Of a DNA stretch of 64,000 nt, positions 9,580-18,052 are shown piece after piece. Source of the DNA: Polyangiaceae bacterium (GTDB taxonomy: Bacteria; Myxococcota_A; Polyangia; Polyangiales; Polyangiaceae); the NCBI GenBank assembly GCA_044376115.1, contig JBILLK010000021.1, positions 1-64,000 on the forward strand, given 5' to 3'. Under the pieces are notes generated by a model. The model worked only from the letters and a program-made list of their open reading frames with translations, was not told the origin of the DNA and ran no database searches. The position numbers and the translations under genes are program-made. Each line of letters begins with the position of its first letter. The stretch's first letter is position 1.

Positions 9580-10143
9580 ATGATCTCGCGTGACCTGCTT
9601 CGTTCGGCGTTTGTCGTTTCATCGCTCGTGTGCCTGCTGCCGCAAACGGCCCGCGCCACCGACTTCTATGCGGAGGGGACGCTCGCGGGTGGCGCTAGCG
9701 GCTGGGAAGACGACCCTCACATTCAAGGAGCGCTGCATGTCGGCTTTGAGTTCCTCGATATCGTGAGCCCGGAGCTGCTCGGTCGGATTGGCTACAGCGC
9801 CATCGATGAGCGGCTGCTCGCGGTCGTAGGGCTGGGCGTGAAGCTCGCCTTGCCGATCTCGCCGTTCACGCCCTACTTACGCGTCACGGCGCTCCATCAA
9901 CACGAAACGCCGGTGGATGCGATGGGCCACGACGCCTTCGGACATGTGATGGGCGTCGGGGACGGCATTCGGCATCGCTTTGGCGTCGAAGGGGCGCTGG
10001 GCGCGAGCTTGGTTTTCGCGACCATCGATCGGACGTCGTTCGTCGCTGAGGCGGAGGGCTATGTGGACGCCTTCCCCGATGATCGCGGGCCCGTGGTGTA
10101 TGGCGGTGGCGGGCTGGGCGTGGGCGTCCAGGTGGGATTATGA
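9580..10143 (+). CDS. Secreted hypothetical protein, probable small outer-membrane beta-barrel
   Basis: Signal peptide (..TARA); alternating hydrophobic strands; C-terminal YGGGGLGVGVQVGL strand. Confidence 0.55.
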   Translation: MISRDLLRSAFVVSSLVCLLPQTARATDFYAEGTLAGGASGWEDDPHIQGALHVGFEFLDIVSPELLGRIGYSAIDERLLAVVGLGVKLALPISPFTPYLRVTALHQHETPVDAMGHDAFGHVMGVGDGIRHRFGVEGALGASLVFATIDRTSFVAEAEGYVDAFPDDRGPVVYGGGGLGVGVQVGL

Positions 10144-10487
10144 GAGCGCAGGCGCTGGTCTGCGCATTCATTCTTCAAGCTTGTCAGGCAGAGGACGCTT
10201 GGGATGAAGCCGTTTGCCCGGAAGGCGGGACCACGCTCAGCTACGAAAACTTCGGTCGCGACTTCATCGGTTCGGAGTGTCAGACGTGCCACGCGAGTGA
10301 GGCGAAAGAACGCCGAGGTGCGCCTTCGCACATCAGCTTCGACGATCTGGAGGCGGTGCGCGATTGGGCCGATCGCATCTATGAACGTTCAGCGGGCGAC
10401 AACGTCTCGATGCCACCCGGCCCTGTGGATCCGGACGTCGCGACGCGTGAGGCGCTCGGCGAGTGGCTCGCCTGCGGTGCGCCCTAA
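10140..10487 (+). CDS. Monoheme c-type cytochrome lipoprotein
   Basis: Lipobox LQAC; CQTCH heme motif; distal MPP ligand; WLACGAP end; ATGA overlap with the upstream gene. Confidence 0.8.
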   Translation: MRAQALVCAFILQACQAEDAWDEAVCPEGGTTLSYENFGRDFIGSECQTCHASEAKERRGAPSHISFDDLEAVRDWADRIYERSAGDNVSMPPGPVDPDVATREALGEWLACGAP

Positions 10488-11512
10488 CGCCGCTTGCGCA
10501 AGAGACCGCAGAGCCCCAACGCGAGCAGCAGCCAGCTCGCGCGGCCAGGCGCAGCTTGCGTATCCGCTGACGAGGAGCAGCCCGAAGAGGACGCGGCTGG
10601 TTCGACATTCTCACCGCCGGACCCGGTCTCACCAGCGCCACTACCGCTGCTGCTGGCTTCACCACCCATGCCGCCCTCATTCGTTTGGCCACCGCTGCCC
10701 TCCGCGCCGCCGCCACCTTCATTCGGTGGCGGCGTGCCCTGCGGCTGCGCGTCGTCGACGAGCTGCAAGGCGCCCGAGATCACCAGCATCGGTCGGGCTC
10801 GCAAGGGCGTGCCCTCGGTCCATAGCGCGAGTTCCTCATCACTGATCGCTTCGACCGGCGTCGCGGTGAGGTGCCACGCGGCCATCACCGTCGGCGCGAC
10901 AGGCCGCTTCACCCAGGCTACGTCATCGAGCAGATAGACCGTCTCCAGCGAGCCCTTGACGAGCCGCGGCTCACTCGGCCAATCCGCGCCGGCGGCGAGC
11001 TCGGCTGCGGAAGGCGGCGCCACTGGCAACAGATCCCAACCTGGATCGAAGGACCAGTTGTCGTACGTCGAAGCGCCAAACACGCGGCGAAGAGTGCCGC
11101 TTAGCACCGGCACACAGGCGAGGTTCTGCGGGGAACTTCCGAGCTCGGGGTTGGGGCCGCCCATCGAGTCGATCGCGTAGACATGCATCGGTCGGGCAAC
11201 GCCGTCGAGCAGCGAATAGGGCGTGGGTTGGTAGTAACCGTGAAGGCACGAACCGATCGCGGTGCATAGGTCCTCGCGGTGCACGTTGGCGTTGAGCGCG
11301 ATCGCCGGAGCACCGCTGCCCGCAGGACCACCGAAGTAGACGTGAACGTCGATCGACTTTTCGGGCTCGTCGGGATCCTGAGCCCAGCCCGCGATGGTGT
11401 CGCAACCGACTGCATCCACGTAGCCCACGGGCAACGCAGCCGATGCAACCTGGGGCAACGCGAAGGCTCCAAGAATCAGGCTCACGAGCGGTAGCCAGCG
11501 CTTTCGGTGCAC
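10484..11512 (-). CDS. Secreted protein with MYXO-CTERM-like sorting tail
   Basis: Signal peptide; G/S-rich linker; SSSGCSSS...WLLLALGLCGLLRKRR C-terminus. Confidence 0.75.
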   Translation of the reverse strand: MHRKRWLPLVSLILGAFALPQVASAALPVGYVDAVGCDTIAGWAQDPDEPEKSIDVHVYFGGPAGSGAPAIALNANVHREDLCTAIGSCLHGYYQPTPYSLLDGVARPMHVYAIDSMGGPNPELGSSPQNLACVPVLSGTLRRVFGASTYDNWSFDPGWDLLPVAPPSAAELAAGADWPSEPRLVKGSLETVYLLDDVAWVKRPVAPTVMAAWHLTATPVEAISDEELALWTEGTPLRARPMLVISGALQLVDDAQPQGTPPPNEGGGGAEGSGGQTNEGGMGGEASSSGSGAGETGSGGENVEPAASSSGCSSSADTQAAPGRASWLLLALGLCGLLRKRR

Positions 11513-11719
11513 GCTCTCATGAGACGCGGCCGAGTGCTCGGTTGCAAGCTGCGTGTGCGCACAAAATGCGGAGCACGCGGATCGAACGAGTCACGAGAAA
11601 GCTCTACGCAGAGTCAAAGCTGGAGGGTGGGGAAAGAACCACTCACCCAGCGCAAAAAAGGGCCCGCGCAAGCTGCCAAATCGGTGACGCCAAGGCCCAT
11701 ATCGTGTGAGCATTTACGA

Positions 11720-13408
11720 ATGCGCAAGCGTACTCAGCTCGGTTCGATGCTTTCGGCAACCGGCGCGATAGCGTTGTCCTTGCTCGCAGCCGCTGGATCG
11801 ATCTCCTGTCAGGGGCTGATTGGCGACGAGAGTGGCGAGGACGGGGCGACTGGTGGCCCGAAGCCACCGGGCCCCCCTGCGGAGTACGAGGCGGCGACGG
11901 CGGTGTTTCCGCGTCTGACCGAGGCGCAATATCGCAAGAGCGTGGCGCAGCTCTTGGGCGGCGATTTGCCGGTGTTAGCGCTCGAGCAGGACACCAACCC
12001 GTACCTGTTCTACTCGGTGGGGGCGACCACGACGACGGTCTCCGAGTTGGGCGTTCAGCAATACGAAGAGAGCGCCGAAGCGATCACGAGCTACCTGTTT
12101 CAAGAGCCTGGGCGCCGCGTCGCGCTGGTCGGCTGTGAGACGCTGACGCCGGGTGATACCTGCGCGCAGAACTTCATCGCGTCCTTCGGCCGAAGGGCGT
12201 TTCGCCGGCCGCTGAGCAGCAGCGAGCTGGCGAAGTGGAATGGCGTCGCTGCGACGATCTCAGCGCAGCCGTGGGAGAGCTTGCGGCTCGCGACGAGCGG
12301 CATCCTGCAGTCGCCGAACTTCCTTTACCGCGTCGAGCTGGGCGAGCCCGACGCCGAGAACCCCGGGCTTCGTCGGCTGAATGGCTACGAGGTCGCGAGC
12401 AGGCTTTCGTTCTTGCTTTGGGATCGCACACCGGATGACGAGCTCTTGGATCTAGCCGCCGCGGGCGCGCTCGATACGCCGGAGGGCATTGAGCAAGAGG
12501 CCAAGCGGCTGCTCGCCGACGAGCGCGCCTCCGACACGGTGCAGGCTTTCTTCGCCCAGTATTTGAACCTCAATCGCATCGACGGCATCACCCGGGATCC
12601 AGCGCTGTATCCGCTCTTCACCGACGGTATGACTTGGGCCATGCGCAAGGAGGTGGAGCTGATCGTCGAGGACATCGTGATGAAGCAACGCGCCGACTTC
12701 CGCACGCTGTTAAGCACGCGCAAGACCTTCATCAACTCGGAGCTCGCGGTGCTGTACGGCTTGGAAGCCCCAGGGGCGACCGAGGACACCTTCGTCGAGG
12801 TGACCCTTCCTGCGGACGGCCCGCGCGCTGGCATTCTCACGCTGGGCGCCTTCCTCACCGTCAACGCCCACCAGGTTCAGACTTCGCCAACCTTGCGCGG
12901 GAAGTACATTCGCGAGCGGCTGCTCTGCCAAGAGGTGCAACCGCCACCGCCCGACGTGGTGACCGTGCTCCCTGAACCTGGTCCCGAGGGGCCGCTCACA
13001 CTGCGCGAACAACTCGAGGCACACTTGGCTAATCCGCAGTGCGCCGCTTGTCACTCCTTCATGGATCCACCGGGCTTTTTGTTTGAGAACTTCGACAACA
13101 TCGGCGTCTTTCGCATGACTGAGACCTCGGGCCTGCCGATCGATGCGTCCGGCGACCTCGATGGCAAACCGCTACAAGGCGCCAAAGAACTCGCGCTCGA
13201 GGTCGAGAAGCGCCCCGAGCTCAGCAGCTGCATCGTTCGTCAGCTCTACCGTCACACGATGGGGCGCCTCGAGACAGACGGTGAGGAGCCGGCCATTTTG
13301 GAGCTTGATTCGGCGCTGCAAGAAGGCGGCTACGACTTCCGTTCGCTGCTGCTCTCGTTCGTTACGCACGAGAGCTTCCGTACGGTCGCCGAAGAAGGAG
13401 GCGAGTGA
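11720..13408 (+). CDS. DUF1592/DUF1588/DUF1595-domain lipoprotein with CxxCH
   Basis: RLTEAQY, FGRRAFRRPL, LQSPNFLYRVE, ASRLSFLLW..PDDEL, TSPTLRG, CAACH..MDPPGF.FENFD. Confidence 0.93.
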   Translation: MRKRTQLGSMLSATGAIALSLLAAAGSISCQGLIGDESGEDGATGGPKPPGPPAEYEAATAVFPRLTEAQYRKSVAQLLGGDLPVLALEQDTNPYLFYSVGATTTTVSELGVQQYEESAEAITSYLFQEPGRRVALVGCETLTPGDTCAQNFIASFGRRAFRRPLSSSELAKWNGVAATISAQPWESLRLATSGILQSPNFLYRVELGEPDAENPGLRRLNGYEVASRLSFLLWDRTPDDELLDLAAAGALDTPEGIEQEAKRLLADERASDTVQAFFAQYLNLNRIDGITRDPALYPLFTDGMTWAMRKEVELIVEDIVMKQRADFRTLLSTRKTFINSELAVLYGLEAPGATEDTFVEVTLPADGPRAGILTLGAFLTVNAHQVQTSPTLRGKYIRERLLCQEVQPPPPDVVTVLPEPGPEGPLTLREQLEAHLANPQCAACHSFMDPPGFLFENFDNIGVFRMTETSGLPIDASGDLDGKPLQGAKELALEVEKRPELSSCIVRQLYRHTMGRLETDGEEPAILELDSALQEGGYDFRSLLLSFVTHESFRTVAEEGGE

Positions 13409-14766
13409 ACATGAAGATCAAACCGCTCTCACGTCGCACGCTGCTGCGAGGCATGGCCGGCTCGCTTTCGGTCGGGCTGGCCTTGCCAGCGCTGGAGGCG
13501 ATGCGCGAGCCCAAGACGGCCAGCGCCGCTGCGTTACCGCCGATTTTTGGCGTTTTCTTCTGGGGAGGCGGCCTTCCCTGGCACGCGGGCCACGGCGCGG
13601 AGCAAGCGGTTGGCACCGACTTGTGGACCCCCAGTGGCACCGGCCCGAACTACACGCCGTCGGAGCTCTTAGCGCCGCTCGCTCCGTACATGCCCAGCGT
13701 CGCGACTGGCCTTACGCCGCACACCGAAGTTCCTCCGAGCCCGCCCGGTCAAGAGGACGGACACATGCGCGGCTTCATGGTCTCGCTCACCGGGGACCGT
13801 ATTCGCCCCGAGGGCTTTGATCATCCGAGCCACACGCTCACCGCGCTGCGACCCACGCTCGATCAATATGTGGCGAAGCACCCGGACTTCTACAAGTCCG
13901 ACGCCCCCAAATACAGCTCCCTGGTGCTTGGTGTGAGCCCTGCGCGCTTCCACGACTACGGGCATTGGAACGCCATTTCGTACAATGGCCCCGACAGCGT
14001 GAACCTACCGATCATGGATCCGGTTCAGCTCTACAACTTGCTGTTCTCGGTTCCGGCCGACGTGGACCTGCTGGCCCGCCGCGCATCGCTGCTCGACGCG
14101 GTGAAAGACGACGCCAACAGCCTCAAGCTGCGGCTCGGCTCGAAGGATCGTGAGCGGCTCGAGAGCCACCTCGATCATCTGAACGCGGTGCAACATCGGC
14201 TCGAACTTACGCAGGTCGCTTGTGAAGACCCGGGCGTGCCGAGCCCCACCGAGGAGCTGATCGCGAAGGCCGGGTTGATGGGTGACTTGCTCGGTCATGC
14301 GCTGGCGTGCAACCTGACCCGCGCCTTCTCCTTCATGCTCACCTCCCCGGCGACCACGCACGTCTTCTCCAACCTCAACGTAGCCAACGACTTTCACACC
14401 ACGGTGCACAACGGAGAATGGGCCAACGCGCGCGCGGTGCACCTCTATCAAATGCAGGCCTTCGCAGCGATGCTCTCCAAGCTCGACGCGCTGGTGGACA
14501 CCGAGGGCGCGACGATCTTGGATCGCTCGGCGATCTTCGGCCTTTCGGAGTACGGCGAGGGCTTCAAACACAGCGTGAGCGAGATGCCGGCGTTGATCGT
14601 CGGTGGCTGCAACGGCGCGCTACGCCGCGGCGTTCATACGCGCGACGTGGGAGGGAACATCAGCAAGGTGCACGTCACGCTGCTGCGAGCCCTCGGCATC
14701 GAGACGCCGAGCTTCGGCTTCAATGGCGGCGAGACCACCGAGGCGGTCTCCGGCTTCCTCGCCTGA
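13405..14766 (+). CDS. DUF1552 domain protein (Tat-exported)
   Basis: LSRRTLLRG Tat signal, LALPALEAM, TLDQYVA, LG.KDRERLESHL; overlaps the upstream DUF1592 gene. Confidence 0.92.
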   Translation: MNMKIKPLSRRTLLRGMAGSLSVGLALPALEAMREPKTASAAALPPIFGVFFWGGGLPWHAGHGAEQAVGTDLWTPSGTGPNYTPSELLAPLAPYMPSVATGLTPHTEVPPSPPGQEDGHMRGFMVSLTGDRIRPEGFDHPSHTLTALRPTLDQYVAKHPDFYKSDAPKYSSLVLGVSPARFHDYGHWNAISYNGPDSVNLPIMDPVQLYNLLFSVPADVDLLARRASLLDAVKDDANSLKLRLGSKDRERLESHLDHLNAVQHRLELTQVACEDPGVPSPTEELIAKAGLMGDLLGHALACNLTRAFSFMLTSPATTHVFSNLNVANDFHTTVHNGEWANARAVHLYQMQAFAAMLSKLDALVDTEGATILDRSAIFGLSEYGEGFKHSVSEMPALIVGGCNGALRRGVHTRDVGGNISKVHVTLLRALGIETPSFGFNGGETTEAVSGFLA

Positions 14767-14817
14767 GATGCAGCCTCGTGCAGGCGGCTGGACGGCCCGA
14801 GAGCCGCCCAACGCCGA

Positions 14818-16554
14818 TCACTCGAATGGGCAGGGGAAGGTAGCGGGCGTTGATTCACCCGGGTCGGTGGTGCCTTCCATGGTGGAGCCGTTGAAGAAAC
14901 GGCCCGCGTTGCTGATGTCGGGGACGTTGGTCACGCACCAAACCTGAATGTCGGAGGCAGCCTCATCGGCGCTATCGAAATCGAGCGCTCCCGAGGCACC
15001 GACAAAGTCGATCGAATCGCCGGCCGCGAGCGCGTTGAGCCCATCACCGAAGTAGGTCGAGCCGACCTCGACCGAGAGACCGCTGGTGAGCTTGCGAAAG
15101 CCTCGCGCGAGATCCTCGGCCCGTGCAGGACCGTCCACCAGGGAGGCGCTGAACATCAACATGAACACGGTGTCGTAGGCGCCGGCTGAGCCGAACACGT
15201 TGCCGTTTACTTCAAAGCGTTGCTGGTAGTTACCGAGGAACTGGTTGAAGATCGCACCGTTGGTGCCAGGCACAGTTCCCCGCACACGGTCTCGGAAGCT
15301 CTCGCTGGCGATCGCAACGTTCTCGGAGGGGCCACCGTCCGAAAGCACGTAGTAGGGCCGATCTGCCACTGGAGTGGCAAGGCCAGCCTCAATCGCAGGA
15401 AGCACCGTCTGGATCTCGCCGGTTCCCAGTATGAAGACGACGTCCGGCTTGAAGGTGAAGACGTCAGCAAAGTCTGTGTCGACGTCCACCGGATCCGAGT
15501 ACTCCACCGCAAGGTAGTCAGCCGCCTGCGAGAAGACGGGCTTATCGTTGAACTCGAGCACGCTCTTCAAAGCTTTCTCTAGCTCACGGCCGTAAGGGTC
15601 AGGCTTGTAGAGCACGGCCACCTTGATCTTGGTGCGAACCTCTCCGCCGCGATCCCGAACGATCGGCTCGAGCTCGCTGAAGTACTTGGCCATACCTGCG
15701 GCTTGGATCGTGTCGCTGGGGGAGGTGCGCCAAACCAGGCCTGGGCAATCAGCGGCGCATTCGGCGTTACCCGCGCACTCCTCGACGCAGCGGGGGCTGA
15801 CATCCTGGATGCCGGTCACCAGCGGACTCGTCGCCGATGGCGAGATGATCATGACGTTGTTCTTGACGGTGCCGTCCTCCGGCGGGTCCGTGCTGCCGTT
15901 GGCGGTGAGCAGCGTCTGGCCGGAGTACGCCGGGCCGATGATCGCCTGCACGCCAAGGGAGGCTAGCGTTCGCCCGTTCTCGGCGGCCAGCGCGCTGTCC
16001 CCCGTATCGTCACAGCCGATGAGGACGATCGGCGCAACGAGGGAGCCGGAGTTGTTGAGCTCTTCGATCGCCAGCTTGGCGCCGTTGAGCACGCCAATGC
16101 CGGTGGACGAATCTTCCCCGGTGATAGGGGCCGTCAGCCCGATAACGAAGGCACCGTCGGTGCGATAGGCGCCCTCGTTCGGATCGCTAGCCGACTTACC
16201 GGAGAACAGGATGTTGCAAGGGTCATCGGCGGGGCGCTTTAGCTGCGCGCAAACGCGCGGGGCGATCGGCGTGCAGTAGCTGTCTTCTGGGCAATCGGCG
16301 GTGCTCGCGCAAAGATCGGCCGAGGCGCAAACACCGGCCTCGGTATCGCAACGCGTGCGGCCCTCCAGGTTGATACAATCAGCGTCTTCCGTGCACGACT
16401 CAGGGTCACCGTTGACGATCACGCTGCACGAGCTGAGCCCTGCCGAAAGCGCGCCCACTGCCAGCAAGCTGCTGAGGCCCCACGCCAGCAGCCGAGTGAT
16501 GCGTGGTTGCGTTGACGTGTGGTCGGCATTGCGCCCGGTCGGCTGGAAGCTCAT
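14818..16554 (-). CDS. Leu/Ile/Val-type periplasmic binding lipoprotein with Cys-rich N-terminus
   Basis: Lipobox LSSC; IGLTAPITG..GAKLAIEELN, AIIGPAYSG, ISPSATSP, WRTSPSD..QA, GASGALDFD. Confidence 0.88.
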   Translation of the reverse strand: MSFQPTGRNADHTSTQPRITRLLAWGLSSLLAVGALSAGLSSCSVIVNGDPESCTEDADCINLEGRTRCDTEAGVCASADLCASTADCPEDSYCTPIAPRVCAQLKRPADDPCNILFSGKSASDPNEGAYRTDGAFVIGLTAPITGEDSSTGIGVLNGAKLAIEELNNSGSLVAPIVLIGCDDTGDSALAAENGRTLASLGVQAIIGPAYSGQTLLTANGSTDPPEDGTVKNNVMIISPSATSPLVTGIQDVSPRCVEECAGNAECAADCPGLVWRTSPSDTIQAAGMAKYFSELEPIVRDRGGEVRTKIKVAVLYKPDPYGRELEKALKSVLEFNDKPVFSQAADYLAVEYSDPVDVDTDFADVFTFKPDVVFILGTGEIQTVLPAIEAGLATPVADRPYYVLSDGGPSENVAIASESFRDRVRGTVPGTNGAIFNQFLGNYQQRFEVNGNVFGSAGAYDTVFMLMFSASLVDGPARAEDLARGFRKLTSGLSVEVGSTYFGDGLNALAAGDSIDFVGASGALDFDSADEAASDIQVWCVTNVPDISNAGRFFNGSTMEGTTDPGESTPATFPCPFE

Positions 16555-16589
16555 TTCAGTCCCCTTTACGTTCGTTAAGTAGCACTAGC

Positions 16590-17999
16590 CTAGCGCTGAT
16601 CCGCCAAACGGGAAACTTGGCGGAGAGCCGATCGCAACGCTAAAATCAGCTGTTCATCCTGGCGTGGAAACACCGTGCGTGCATCGAGCATGACCGCGTC
16701 TTCCTGGATGCGCCCGAGCACGGCAGGCTTTCCACGCCGCAACGTCGACAGCAGCTCATCGGCCGAAAAAGCCTTCCCGCGTACCCGTAGTCCCGCCGAA
16801 GCGATGGTGCGCCCAGCGAGGCTTCCGCCGCCCATCTCGGTCAAGGTTGGCACCGCGGAGACGAGCTCGTCGAACTCACGGAGCGCCTCGGTCCAACCTT
16901 GCACTCGGGTCGCGAGCTGCTCCACCGGCATCGCGATCAGCGACAGTGCTGGGACTTCAGTAAACGCGGCGCCGCGTAAATACGCCTCCAACGTGGCCTC
17001 CAGCGCGACCGTGGGCAGGCGGCCTAGCCGCAACGCGCGCTGCAACGGATGGCTGCGCAGCTTCTCGATCAAGCTGCGTTTACCAGCGGCGACGCCGCCT
17101 TGCGGACCGCCGAGCACCTTGTCGGTGCTGAAGGTGACGACGTCCACACCGCTGGCCACGACCGCGGGTGCGAGCGGCTCGCCGACGAAGCCGGTGGGCG
17201 CGAGATCGACCAGCGCACCGCCGCCGAGATCCTTGAGCAGCAAGACGCCACGCCGCTGCGCGAGCTCGGCCAGCTCAGGCAAGGAAGGCCGTTCGACGAA
17301 ACCGACTTGTTGAAAATTCCCGGGGTGGACCCGCAAAATCAGCGCACCCTCCCCCGCCTGGTCCAACGCTCGCTCATAGTCTGCGAGGCGCGTTTTGTTG
17401 GTGGTGCCCACTTCGACGAGCTCGGCGCCGCTCTCTCGGAGCACGTCGGGGACGCGGAAACCACCGCCGATCTCGACCAGCTCCCCACGTGAGATGATCA
17501 CGCGTTTACCGCGCGCCAACGCGCTCAACATCAGCAAGGTCGAGGCTGCGCAGTTATTGACCACGAGCGCCGCTTCTACGCCCAAGAGCTTCACCAACGC
17601 CTCTTCGACGAAGGCGCCGCGCCGACCACGTTTGCCGGACTCGAGATCCAGCTCGATCGCCGCGTAATTGGCCGAAACCGCGGCCAGCCGCTGCACGGCG
17701 GCTTCCGAGAGCGGAGCTCGCCCGAGGTTCGTATGCAGGATCACGCCGGTGGCGTTGATCACGACCTCGAGGCGCTTTCGCAGCAGCAGGGAGCAGGCCT
17801 GCGCAACGCGGGCAGCGGCTTCTTGCTCCGTTGGCGCTTGTTGTCGTTGCTCGGCGGCCAGCTCACGCCGATAGGCCGCCAATGTTTCACGCACTTGGTC
17901 GAGCACCACGCTGCGCCCGAGCTGCTCCGAAAAGACCTCCAACGCTGGCATCGCCAGCAGCCGATCCACGCGCGGGAACTGCGAATAATCAGCTGTCAT
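16590..17999 (-). CDS. selA: L-seryl-tRNA(Sec) selenium transferase
   Basis: VINATGVILHTNLGRAPL, ISRGELVEIGGGFRVPD, EVGTTNKT, FSTDKVLGGPQ PLP lysine. Confidence 0.97.
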   Translation of the reverse strand: MTADYSQFPRVDRLLAMPALEVFSEQLGRSVVLDQVRETLAAYRRELAAEQRQQAPTEQEAAARVAQACSLLLRKRLEVVINATGVILHTNLGRAPLSEAAVQRLAAVSANYAAIELDLESGKRGRRGAFVEEALVKLLGVEAALVVNNCAASTLLMLSALARGKRVIISRGELVEIGGGFRVPDVLRESGAELVEVGTTNKTRLADYERALDQAGEGALILRVHPGNFQQVGFVERPSLPELAELAQRRGVLLLKDLGGGALVDLAPTGFVGEPLAPAVVASGVDVVTFSTDKVLGGPQGGVAAGKRSLIEKLRSHPLQRALRLGRLPTVALEATLEAYLRGAAFTEVPALSLIAMPVEQLATRVQGWTEALREFDELVSAVPTLTEMGGGSLAGRTIASAGLRVRGKAFSADELLSTLRRGKPAVLGRIQEDAVMLDARTVFPRQDEQLILALRSALRQVSRLADQR

Positions 18000-18052
18000 G
18001 AAGGGAGGCGATGGTAACCTTTGCCGCTCAGCTTTCCTAATTGGGTGCCACC

